64,000 nt of DNA, taken from Fibrobacter succinogenes. GTDB taxonomy: Bacteria > Fibrobacterota > Fibrobacteria > Fibrobacterales > Fibrobacteraceae. Both the position numbers and the translations under genes were made by a program. The notes under the pieces are model-generated. The model searched no databases, was not told the DNA's origin, and saw only the letters and a list, made by a program, of their open reading frames with translations. Positions 55,655-64,000 of the stretch are shown here, in pieces. How positions within the stretch are numbered: the first letter of the stretch is position 1; each line of letters opens with the position of its first letter. Location of the stretch: the NCBI GenBank assembly GCA_902779055.1, contig CACZAD010000009.1:12130-76129 (forward strand), in the 5' to 3' direction.

Positions 55655-56590
55655 ATGCGTGGCATCAACTTGTCACCCCGGACTGTCATCCCGGATTTAT
55701 TCCGGGACGGGGTCTCCTTACGTACAGCAAAGCCTCTCCGCCTGGCCTTAGCCGCATTCTATAGAATCGGGTACAAGCTGCACCACAGACTTTTCTTGCG
55801 ACCGCAACCTCCGCTTCGCGTTCCCATTGTAATTGTCGGGAGTTACCTAGCAGGCGGCGCCGGCAAGACTCCATTTACGCTTTGGCTTACAAACCCATTT
55901 TTAGAACAGGGTAAAAAGGTAGCCGTTCTTTGCCACAGCGCCGCATGGGATGAATTTATTTTATTGCAAAAAAGTTTCACGCAGGGCGCGGAAAACATAA
56001 AGGTTATCGCGACAAAGAACCGCTACGCAACCGCCAAAGAAATTCAGGACAAATTCGACATTATCCTCTGTGACGACGGGTTCGAAGACTCCCGTTTTAC
56101 AAGCGTCCGCTACATTTGCCTGGACTGGCACGAGCCCCCGACATCGTGGACAAATCTCTGGCCCGCAGGCCCGTTCCGCAGCCTAAAGCAGGATCACGAC
56201 GAAAGCACGATCATCCATCTTGATTGCGTCGGCAACAACAACGGACATTGCGTCAATTCGCCAGACATCCATTTTTCCATCGAGTCCATCACAAACTTTA
56301 CACCCGGCACACCGCTTACTGCAACAGCCATCTGCGGGCTCGGCAATCCACAACGATTCATCGAAGACATTCGCACGTTCGGAGTTACAGTCGTAAAAAG
56401 CATTGTCCGCCCTGACCACGACAAGCATTTTACGCAAGTCGTCCAAGCGGAACTTGCGCAAGACAAAGACATTGTCATTTCGCAAAAAGACGCTTGCCGT
56501 TTACCGCAATCGCTCCTCGCCCATCCGAAGCTCCACACCGCTATACAAAAAATAACCGTCTCCGACAACGTCCTAAAAAAATTGCTCTAG
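55655..56590 (+). CDS. lpxK: Tetraacyldisaccharide 4'-kinase
   Basis: VIVGSYLAGGAGKTP, LCDDGF, PAGPFR, GLGNPQRF, PDH, SQKDA. Confidence 0.88.
   Translation: MRGINLSPRTVIPDLFRDGVSLRTAKPLRLALAAFYRIGYKLHHRLFLRPQPPLRVPIVIVGSYLAGGAGKTPFTLWLTNPFLEQGKKVAVLCHSAAWDEFILLQKSFTQGAENIKVIATKNRYATAKEIQDKFDIILCDDGFEDSRFTSVRYICLDWHEPPTSWTNLWPAGPFRSLKQDHDESTIIHLDCVGNNNGHCVNSPDIHFSIESITNFTPGTPLTATAICGLGNPQRFIEDIRTFGVTVVKSIVRPDHDKHFTQVVQAELAQDKDIVISQKDACRLPQSLLAHPKLHTAIQKITVSDNVLKKLL
55671..55717 (+). repeat. Nested TGTCA palindromic repeat inside the lpxK 5' coding region
   Basis: TGTCACCCCGGAC-TGTCATCCCGGATTTATTCCGGGA-CGGGGTCTCC. Confidence 0.75.
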
Positions 56591-56672
56591 CCGTAAATTT
56601 TTGAGCAAAACTTTGTTCTTCATTTTTTGTAAAGAGTAATTTATCCATTTCTTTTTTTGTATTTTATTCTTT

Positions 56673-58154
56673 ATGAACAAAAGTACTATCGGCAGATTTT
56701 GGTTTAATGGGATGTTTGCCGTTATTTCGGCAAGCACATTTTTTGCATGTGATTCATCTAGTTCAAGCGTTTCAGATCCAGGAGATGGCATTACCATAAA
56801 CCCCTTGGAAGTCGAAACGGGCTCGATCACCGATAACCGTGATGGCGAGACATATAGAATTGTCACCATCGGTGAACAAACTTGGATGGCAGAAAACCTC
56901 AAGTACAATTACAGCGACACAGACGCAAGTAGCTATTGCTATAAAGACAAAGACAGCAACTGCAACAAGTACGGCAGACTGTACACCTGGTCCGAAGATA
57001 TGGCCCGCAACATCTGTCCTTCGGGCTGGCACCTTCCCGATCACGAAGACTGGAAAACCTTAATCAACTCCACGGGCGGAGTCGATTACGCCGGTCGCAA
57101 ACTCAAGGCAAAATCCACGTGGAATAGCGACGGCAACGGTTCCGACGCTTACAGCTTTACAGCACTCGCTGCAGGCTTCCGCAATACTTCCAAAAATTAT
57201 GAGGAACAGGGTTCCTACGCCTCGTTCTGGTCCGCAACTCGGTACGATTACTCCGACGTTCTTTACTGGAGCCTTAATGCCGACAACAAGCTCGTCATCC
57301 GCGACGCAGGCAATCGCAACAACGCATTTTCTGTTCGATGCATCAAAGGCAGCAAGACTTTCTACTACAGTTCCATGCGCTCTAGTAGTTCTAGCGCCAA
57401 GAGTAGCTCCAGTGCTCAAAGCAGCTCTAGTGTCAGGAGCAGTTCAAGCGCAATCAGCAGCTCTAGCATCAGGAGCAGTTCAAGCGCAATCAGCAGCTCT
57501 AGCATCAGGAGCAGTTCAAGCGCAATCAGCAGCTCAAGCATCCAAAGCAGTTCAAGCGTTACTTCAAACAGCTCCAATTACAAGTACGACCCCGCCAAAG
57601 TCATCCACGGGACCATAACAGATTCCCGTGACGGACAAGAATACAAGACCGTCACCATCGGCCATCAAACTTGGATGGCTGAAAACTTAAGATACGAGAT
57701 TCCTAGGGATGCCGCAGATACTGTCGACGTCTTTTGTCCTCAAGATCCTGACACTCTCGCACTCGTAGGCTGTTATTATACTTGGAGAGCCGCAATAAAA
57801 GCCTGTCCTGACGGTTGGGTATTACCAAGCCAAAGCAATTGGAAAACATTGATCAATCAAATTTCTTGGACTGCTCCATGGGGCATCCTCGAAACTATAT
57901 GCAACACCGAATCCTTGATATACAATTCGATTCAAGGGAATGATGTGTACGGCCTCAACATCACACCGTCTGGATCATGCAATCCCGATACAAAAGAAAT
58001 CAGTATTAACGGAACTGCCAAATACTGGACATCATCATTCCTAGATGAATTTTTCTGTGGGGACGCTGTACTTTCATTTATAAATGACAACTTAAAAACA
58101 GATATATTCACCAATCATTCGGCCTTCCAATCCGTTCGTTGCCTAAAGAAATAA
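56673..58154 (+). CDS. Lipoprotein with two FISUMP domains and Ser-rich linker
   Basis: Lipobox FFA-C; two DxRDG..Y..VTIG.QTWMAENL...CPxGW...SVRC units. Confidence 0.9.
   Translation: MNKSTIGRFWFNGMFAVISASTFFACDSSSSSVSDPGDGITINPLEVETGSITDNRDGETYRIVTIGEQTWMAENLKYNYSDTDASSYCYKDKDSNCNKYGRLYTWSEDMARNICPSGWHLPDHEDWKTLINSTGGVDYAGRKLKAKSTWNSDGNGSDAYSFTALAAGFRNTSKNYEEQGSYASFWSATRYDYSDVLYWSLNADNKLVIRDAGNRNNAFSVRCIKGSKTFYYSSMRSSSSSAKSSSSAQSSSSVRSSSSAISSSSIRSSSSAISSSSIRSSSSAISSSSIQSSSSVTSNSSNYKYDPAKVIHGTITDSRDGQEYKTVTIGHQTWMAENLRYEIPRDAADTVDVFCPQDPDTLALVGCYYTWRAAIKACPDGWVLPSQSNWKTLINQISWTAPWGILETICNTESLIYNSIQGNDVYGLNITPSGSCNPDTKEISINGTAKYWTSSFLDEFFCGDAVLSFINDNLKTDIFTNHSAFQSVRCLKK
57420..57557 (+). repeat. 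36-bp coding tandem repeat (SSSSIRSSSSAI), ~3.8 copies
   Basis: AGCAGCTCTAGCATCAGGAGCAGTTCAAGCGCAATC repeated near-identically. Confidence 0.85.
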
Positions 58155-58158
58155 AAAG

Positions 58159-60240
58159 ATGAAACAAATTTTACCCATACTTTCACTTGGTTTAGCAGCC
58201 TCCTTTATCGCATGTTCCGAATCTACGACGTCCGTAGAGAACAACAACGAACACGAACCACTTGAATCGTTTACCGATTCCCGCGACAACCGGGAATACA
58301 AGAAGGTGACCATCGGCGATCAAACTTGGATGGCCGAAAACCTTTATTTTGAAAAATATTTCTACACCTGGGAAGAAGCAAAAAAGGCATGTCCCGAAGG
58401 CTGGCATCTCCCCAATGACGACGAATGGAAAACTCTATTTGAAGAAGTCGGCGGCGTAGAAAAAGCTGGCCTCCAGTTGAAATCCACTTCGGGCTGGGAA
58501 ACAGGCAAAAACGGAAAAGACAAATATGGCTTTGAAGCATCCCCAATGGGTTACCGCGACGCTCTCGACGAGCGACAAAAGAAAGGCTATAGGGCATTGT
58601 TCTGGTCCGCTACAGAGCTAGACAGTAAAAACGCCTTCAACTGGAGATTCGACGGCGTAAGCGATTACGTATTCTATGAAGACTATCCAAAAAATTTTAG
58701 ACTCTCTGTCCGTTGCATAGAAAGTGACTTCATCGAGGAATCATCCAGTTCATCGGATGAAATATCGAGTTCTTCGAACAAAGTTCAATCCAGTTCATCT
58801 TCTAAAGATCAATCAAGTTCTTCGATAACAAAACAATCCAGCTCCTCTTCCAAAAATCAATCAAGCTCTTCCATAACAGAACAGTCCAGCTCCAGCATTC
58901 TTTCTTCTAACTCGGAATCAAGCAGTTCTATGAGCTCGTCATCATCCAGTAGCAGCTCTTCAAGCATTGTTTCTAGCTCTAGCGAACTCCCTCGCCCAAC
59001 AGTCTATGACCCCATCAAAAAGACATTGACGGACGGTCGTGACGGACATATTTATAGAACTACAACCATCAACAATCGCGTATGGATGGCAGAAAACCTG
59101 AATTACGCATACTACTTCAAGTCGGCAAGAAGTTTCTGCTACCAAAACGATACCGCCTACTGTACAAAGTACGGACGACTTTACACTTGGAGCGCCGCCA
59201 TGGACTCGGTAGGAGCGTTTTCAAACGACTCTAGGCTATGCGGCCTAAAATCAAAATCAAATTGCAAGCCTGCTGAAGTCGTCCGAGGAATGTGCCCAGA
59301 AGGGTGGCACTTGCCCAATCGAGCAGAATGGAATGAATTGTTCTATTATATTGGCGGTTACAACACCCAAAAGCTAAAGGCAAAACAAGGTTGGGACGGA
59401 TCCGAAGGAACCGACGATTTTGAGTTCTCTATGTTGGCCGCAGGAACGCGAACAACAAAAGCTGAATTCACAACCGAAAAAGAGATTGCCTATTTCTGGA
59501 CTTCTGACAAAGAAGATGCCAACGCCATTCTTTTTGACCATACACAACAATATTACATCAGAATGGTTACGGAGGATTACGCATATTCCATCCGTTGCTT
59601 AATGAACTACGAAGATAAAAACAACATTCCCAAGCCCGATCATGAAATAGTCTATGGTACACTTGAAGATTCCAGAGACGGCAATGTTTACAAGACCGTA
59701 GAAATTGGGGACCAGACATGGATGGTTGAAAATATGAGACTCGAGTATCACGAGGGATCTGCCGAAAGCTCTTGCCCAACGGACGATCCGGAATATTGCA
59801 ATACCTTTGGCAGATTATACACATGGTCGGCAGCTATGGATTCAGCCGAAATTTATTCTAATGACGGCGCCGGATGTGGTTATCGCCTTACATGTAATCC
59901 CAAGACATTCGCCAAAGGGATTTGCCCAGACGGGTACCGCCTCCCAAACAAAGACGATTTTCTAAAGCTTCAGGAAGCAACAGGAGGCAACGTTCTCTCA
60001 GGACAGAACCTGAAAGGACTTGAAGGCTGGCCAAGAAACGGCAATGGCTATGATTTATATGGATTCAACGCAACACCAATTAGCGAAAAAGATGCTGTAT
60101 ATTATTGGGGTTCATCAGAAGATGACCAAAAGTTCAGTGCCAGAACTCTCTGTTTCACACTTACAACAATGAATTCCGACATCTGTTATTCAACTAAAAC
60201 AGCAACAAACCCAATTCGCTGCATCAAGGATGCTGAATAA
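58159..60240 (+). CDS. Lipoprotein with three FISUMP domains
   Basis: Lipobox FIA-C; three RD...WM(A/V)EN...CP.G units; Ser-rich linker. Confidence 0.9.
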   Translation: MKQILPILSLGLAASFIACSESTTSVENNNEHEPLESFTDSRDNREYKKVTIGDQTWMAENLYFEKYFYTWEEAKKACPEGWHLPNDDEWKTLFEEVGGVEKAGLQLKSTSGWETGKNGKDKYGFEASPMGYRDALDERQKKGYRALFWSATELDSKNAFNWRFDGVSDYVFYEDYPKNFRLSVRCIESDFIEESSSSSDEISSSSNKVQSSSSSKDQSSSSITKQSSSSSKNQSSSSITEQSSSSILSSNSESSSSMSSSSSSSSSSSIVSSSSELPRPTVYDPIKKTLTDGRDGHIYRTTTINNRVWMAENLNYAYYFKSARSFCYQNDTAYCTKYGRLYTWSAAMDSVGAFSNDSRLCGLKSKSNCKPAEVVRGMCPEGWHLPNRAEWNELFYYIGGYNTQKLKAKQGWDGSEGTDDFEFSMLAAGTRTTKAEFTTEKEIAYFWTSDKEDANAILFDHTQQYYIRMVTEDYAYSIRCLMNYEDKNNIPKPDHEIVYGTLEDSRDGNVYKTVEIGDQTWMVENMRLEYHEGSAESSCPTDDPEYCNTFGRLYTWSAAMDSAEIYSNDGAGCGYRLTCNPKTFAKGICPDGYRLPNKDDFLKLQEATGGNVLSGQNLKGLEGWPRNGNGYDLYGFNATPISEKDAVYYWGSSEDDQKFSARTLCFTLTTMNSDICYSTKTATNPIRCIKDAE

Positions 60241-60246
60241 AAATGG

Positions 60247-60276
60247 AAAGCTACGGCTAAAAACCGTAGCTTTTTT
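60247..60276 (+). terminator. Rho-independent terminator
   Basis: AAAGCTACGG-CTAAAAA-CCGTAGCTTTTTT. Confidence 0.85.
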
Positions 60277-60331
60277 GCCCTTTCTCTTTTTTTATTATAT
60301 CTTTATGGACAAGATTTAGGGAGAAAAAACT

Positions 60332-61870
60332 ATGAATTTGCGTGAACGTTTTGCAGAACTTCTCAAGATTATCACCCAGAACATTCCCGAAAGGGAATAC
60401 TATGTGCAGCTCGGATTCCTCACGGCCCTCATCCAGGAACCGTTTTACCTTTATGGCCGTCCCGGCTGCGGAAGCTCCCTCTTCATCCGTAGAATTGCAA
60501 GCGCCTTCAAAGATGCCAAGATCCTGAAGCTCGGCAAAAAGCAAAGACAGCTCCCGGACAACATCAACGATTTCAACCTGATCATCTTTGACAACTTCAC
60601 GCCTGGCGACGAACTGAGCAAGAACAACCTGCAAATCGTCATTCACGATCACGAAAAGAATTCCATCATCATCTCGGGTGACCAAAAGCCGGAATCCGCA
60701 TTGAGCCGATCCGAAGTGAGCGACCAGATCACGCTCACCATCATGTTGCCCGAGAACATCTCGCCAGAAGCCCTCTGCACCCTTCTCCAGATCCACAGTA
60801 ACGACAGCAACGTCTCCGTTCCGCCATCCATTGCCATCAGCGCCGAAGAACAGGCACAGTGGATCAAGGAAATCAGCAAAGTCACGCTTTCGCCGAACAC
60901 GCTCGCCGTCATCGGAAAAGTCGCGGAGACCTGCGTCAACAACTGCATTTACGTACCGATCCGCAAGTGGCTCGCCCTTTCCAACATGGTCAAGGCCATA
61001 GCCTTCCTCAACGGACGTTCCGAAACCAAGCTCATCGACACGTTCTTCCTCGGCACCTCGATCTGGGGACGCAGCGCCTCCAACACCGCCATTTCTGACA
61101 GCTACCGCGAAATCCTCATGACGCAGCTGTACAAGAACACGCCAAGCCTCCTCGAAAAGCCCTACAACGCCGATGACCTGTACATGCGAGTGAACCATCT
61201 CGTCCGCAGTTCGAACAACTTGTACGAAACAAAATCGTTCAATGGCGAAAAGTGCCTGTCCTACCGCATCACAATCGCAGGCGAATCGGCGCCCCTTTAC
61301 GCCCCGCTCAAGTACATCGAAACCGAGACCGACTTCCATCCGTACAATGAACTCCGCCAAATCGAAAAGCGCGTCATCTGCAATTACCACGGCACATCCA
61401 ACTGTTCCATTCTGGTCGATTCGCAGGTCCGCAACAGTGGCCTCCGCAGTTCAGTGAACCAGTCCAATGGTTCCACTCCCGCAAAATTCGAAGAATACGG
61501 AACGCTCCCGACTTACATCCTGAGAGAAAACGCTCCCGAAATCATCGAGATGAAAAAAGCCCAGCGCGAAGAGCTGAACGAAGAAATCAAGACATCGCTG
61601 GAACGCGAAACGGCAAACCTCGTGGCCCTCCGCAATACATACAAGCTCTTTAACGAATCCAAGGATGACCTGTTCTGCTTTACGCAGATGTTCAACGATG
61701 TGCAGACAGCCATCAAGAACCAGTTCGACAATACGGCAAACACCATCAAGACCATCAAGAAGGCAAGCGAAATCATCGCCAAGTTCTCGAGCCTTCCCAA
61801 AACACCGAACTTAGTCGCAAAGCCGCAGCCCCCGCAAGCGCCGAAGCCCGCCGCAAGCACGGAAAACTAA
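60332..61870 (+). CDS. RavA/MoxR-like AAA+ protein with degenerate Walker motifs
   Basis: FYLYGRPGCGSSLFIRRI, LIIFDN, lid region YVPIRKW...AFLNGR; C-terminal helical/coiled-coil region. Confidence 0.72.
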   Translation: MNLRERFAELLKIITQNIPEREYYVQLGFLTALIQEPFYLYGRPGCGSSLFIRRIASAFKDAKILKLGKKQRQLPDNINDFNLIIFDNFTPGDELSKNNLQIVIHDHEKNSIIISGDQKPESALSRSEVSDQITLTIMLPENISPEALCTLLQIHSNDSNVSVPPSIAISAEEQAQWIKEISKVTLSPNTLAVIGKVAETCVNNCIYVPIRKWLALSNMVKAIAFLNGRSETKLIDTFFLGTSIWGRSASNTAISDSYREILMTQLYKNTPSLLEKPYNADDLYMRVNHLVRSSNNLYETKSFNGEKCLSYRITIAGESAPLYAPLKYIETETDFHPYNELRQIEKRVICNYHGTSNCSILVDSQVRNSGLRSSVNQSNGSTPAKFEEYGTLPTYILRENAPEIIEMKKAQREELNEEIKTSLERETANLVALRNTYKLFNESKDDLFCFTQMFNDVQTAIKNQFDNTANTIKTIKKASEIIAKFSSLPKTPNLVAKPQPPQAPKPAASTEN

Positions 61871-61924
61871 CATTATTCCACAGAAGAAACCGCAAGAGCC
61901 GCAATATTTGCCTATATTGGTGGC

Positions 61925-62875
61925 GTGAATTTAATTCTCCTCTGGGCAATCATCACTATACTGTGGCTCTGCTGCATCAGCATGACCCAAAAGGGCCGTG
62001 CTGTTACTCGCATTCTCTGGAGAAGCACAAAATTAAAGCTGACGATCCTCGCCTGGATTCTTGGAATAGCCTCCATTGCGGTCGCATACGCCACGCACCC
62101 GGCCGAAGAAAAACCCGTTCCGATCGACGAGCTGCGAGAATACCAGAAGTACACCACATCCGCAATTCAAAAGCTCTGCGACCAAGGCAAGCTCATCATC
62201 GACATGAATTGTGACCTCGACAGCGCCGCTCCCGAACTCGCCTACATCATCCCCACATTCCTGAACAACTACAACCTCATCGTGACACGTCCCACGACCC
62301 CGATTCTCGAATCCATCAAGGACACACTACGGATCAAGATGATCGGTTACAAGAAATTCAAGAATAGAGGAATCCGGCTCATCAAGGCTCTGCAAAGCGA
62401 TCTCGGCATACGCTATGAATCCGTCATCGTCTCCGACGGCACTGACCACACACTCATCATCACCTATACAGGAAAGCCCTGGGACAACGAACATCTTTGC
62501 AACCTGCCCGTTCTCGAAGCATGCCTCCGCGAGCGCACGGATCCGGCAATCCTCATGTCCCTCATCCACCACACATCGGGATTCCAGATGAACTATCAGG
62601 GCAAAAACAATACGTCTGGATTACTCGCGCTCGATACAGGCAAAGGTTTAGAACAAATTGACATAGGCGCCCGCCGCCTCAAAAAAGTTCTCGCGACATC
62701 GCCCACGCTCGCCGACGCCGTTGCGCAATTCTACCCCGATGCAGAACACCGCAATAGATTCGAGAACTGGCGCAAAGACCCGCAAAAGCATTACTGGGTG
62801 GGGCAAGTGCTCACGGACATTCAATATTACCGTAGCAACGGGATAACGCTCAAACCCCGCAAACGCGTGGAATAA
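61925..62875 (+). CDS. Membrane-anchored protein with degenerate lytic transglycosylase (SLT)-like C-domain
   Basis: Two N-terminal TM helices; DPAILMSLIHHTSGF...SGLLAL...IDIGARRLKK...AVAQFY. Confidence 0.6.
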   Translation: MNLILLWAIITILWLCCISMTQKGRAVTRILWRSTKLKLTILAWILGIASIAVAYATHPAEEKPVPIDELREYQKYTTSAIQKLCDQGKLIIDMNCDLDSAAPELAYIIPTFLNNYNLIVTRPTTPILESIKDTLRIKMIGYKKFKNRGIRLIKALQSDLGIRYESVIVSDGTDHTLIITYTGKPWDNEHLCNLPVLEACLRERTDPAILMSLIHHTSGFQMNYQGKNNTSGLLALDTGKGLEQIDIGARRLKKVLATSPTLADAVAQFYPDAEHRNRFENWRKDPQKHYWVGQVLTDIQYYRSNGITLKPRKRVE

Positions 62876-62878
62876 ACT

Positions 62879-62994
62879 TGTCATACCCGCGGACTGTCAC
62901 CCCGGCCGCGATGTCACCCCGGACTTGTTCTCTTTGACCACTTAGAGCTTTAGCTCTTACGTGGTCATGATCCGCGTATGGGGACGGGGTCACC
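62879..62994 (+). repeat. Multiply nested TGTCA palindromic repeat
   Basis: TGTCA starts at 62879, 62895 and 62912; inner hairpin TGACCAC...GTGGTCA; ends CGGGGTCACC. Confidence 0.75.
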
Positions 62995-63006
62995 TTTTCA
63001 TAAAAG

Positions 63007-64000
63007 CTAGTCTAGCTTATACTTATCTTTTGCAGCTTCGAGTTCGGCACTTGCCTTTTCCCAAGCGGCGTAAAGTTCTTCGGTCAGCTTCTTGTTTTCG
63101 TCCATATCTTTTGCAATGGACGTAATCGCATTGCCGTCGCCAGATTCCGAGGCAGCCACAAGTTTTGCTTCAAGTTCGCCGCCAATGGCTTCGGCCTTCG
63201 CAATTTCAGCTTCAAGGCGAGCGGTCTCTTTTTCGAGCGGCTTGATGACCTTACTGCGTTCGGCAATATAGTCTGCTCGCGCCCTGCGGTCTTCCTTGGT
63301 GCGCGGCGTCGAACTCACGGGCTTGTCATCCGTGACGTCGATATTCGAGACCTTGATGTTTGCGGAGTTCGCGCCGCCCGGCTTCTTTTCAGAAGCCCAG
63401 CCAACCTTTTCAAGGAAGTCCGCGTAAGTGCCTTCGAAGATACGGCACTTACCACCGTCGAAGACGATGAGGCGCGTCGCAAAAGCGTGCAACAGTTCTT
63501 CGTCATGCGTCACGACAAGTGCGGTACCATCGTAATCTTCAAGCGCATCAATCAAGCTCTCGATGCTTTCCATGTCCAAGTGGTTCGTCGGTTCGTCAAG
63601 CAAAAGCATGTTGCTTTCGTTCGCCAAAATCTTGCCTAACAGCACACGGCTGCGTTCACCACCCGAAAGCACCTTGACCTTCTTCATGGCAGTGTCACCG
63701 CTGAACATCATCACGCCAGCAAGGCTACGCGCACGGCTCTTCTGCGACACATCTGCAATCGCACTTGCAATTTCTTCTTCGACCGTATTTTCAAGATTCA
63801 GACGGTTGATGTTCGTCTGTCCAAAGTAATTTATCTTGAGGTTCGGGTTGTAATTGATTGTACCCTGGGTCGGTTCAAATTCTTTCGCAATCAAGTTCAG
63901 GAGCGTCGTTTTACCGCGACCGTTCGGACCGATAATTGCAATGCGGTCGCCCTTGAACACTTCCAACTCGAGGTCCGAAATCAACTCCGGACCGTAGCCG
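63007..64000 (-). CDS. ABC-F family ATPase (5' part outside the window)
   Basis: GPNGRGKTT, LSGGERSR, LLDEPTNHLD, VTHD, C-terminal coiled coil. Confidence 0.9.
   Translation of the reverse strand, partial: GYGPELISDLELEVFKGDRIAIIGPNGRGKTTLLNLIAKEFEPTQGTINYNPNLKINYFGQTNINRLNLENTVEEEIASAIADVSQKSRARSLAGVMMFSGDTAMKKVKVLSGGERSRVLLGKILANESNMLLLDEPTNHLDMESIESLIDALEDYDGTALVVTHDEELLHAFATRLIVFDGGKCRIFEGTYADFLEKVGWASEKKPGGANSANIKVSNIDVTDDKPVSSTPRTKEDRRARADYIAERSKVIKPLEKETARLEAEIAKAEAIGGELEAKLVAASESGDGNAITSIAKDMDENKKLTEELYAAWEKASAELEAAKDKYKLD

Noticed and set aside
57420-57557. 36-bp repeats as a possible CRISPR array
   Set aside because: Head-to-tail with no spacers, in frame in a Ser-rich linker, and no cas genes
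45941-64000. Two ABC-F genes as antibiotic-resistance factors
   Set aside because: One is clearly Uup and the other looks like a housekeeping ABC-F; no mobile context

Overview
Bacterial chromosomal window, almost certainly from a Fibrobacter (inferred from FISUMP/'Fibrobacter succinogenes major' domain lipoproteins, Ser-rich-linker lipoproteins, GH5/GH9/CBM30 content and T9SS-type C-termini). About 44 CDSs. No rRNA, tRNA, CRISPR array or transposase was recognised. The left end (1-12620) is a cellulose-related locus. A tightly packed minus-strand operon encodes a secreted CBM30-like protein, three large, mutually paralogous unannotated outer-membrane beta-barrel-type proteins, a lipoprotein and a GH18 lacking its catalytic residues. 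A GH9 follows it and a GH5 lipoprotein is divergent. This is the best candidate for an undescribed, non-SusC/D cellulose-capture or uptake machine. The rest is housekeeping (lpxA, cca, dsbD, glgA/glgM, folE, argA, folD, ackA, uup, nuoA, ktr/trk, perR-rbr, aroC, lpxK) mixed with lineage-specific lipoproteins. Other notable signals: tandem PETase-like lipoproteins, pseudoenzymes (RavA-like, SLT-like), a nested TGTCA palindromic repeat family (one copy in frame in lpxK), AGTAGAC-type heptamer repeats at gene ends, and a pervasive leaderless-transcription signature. All calls are from reading motifs by eye; no database searches were run.
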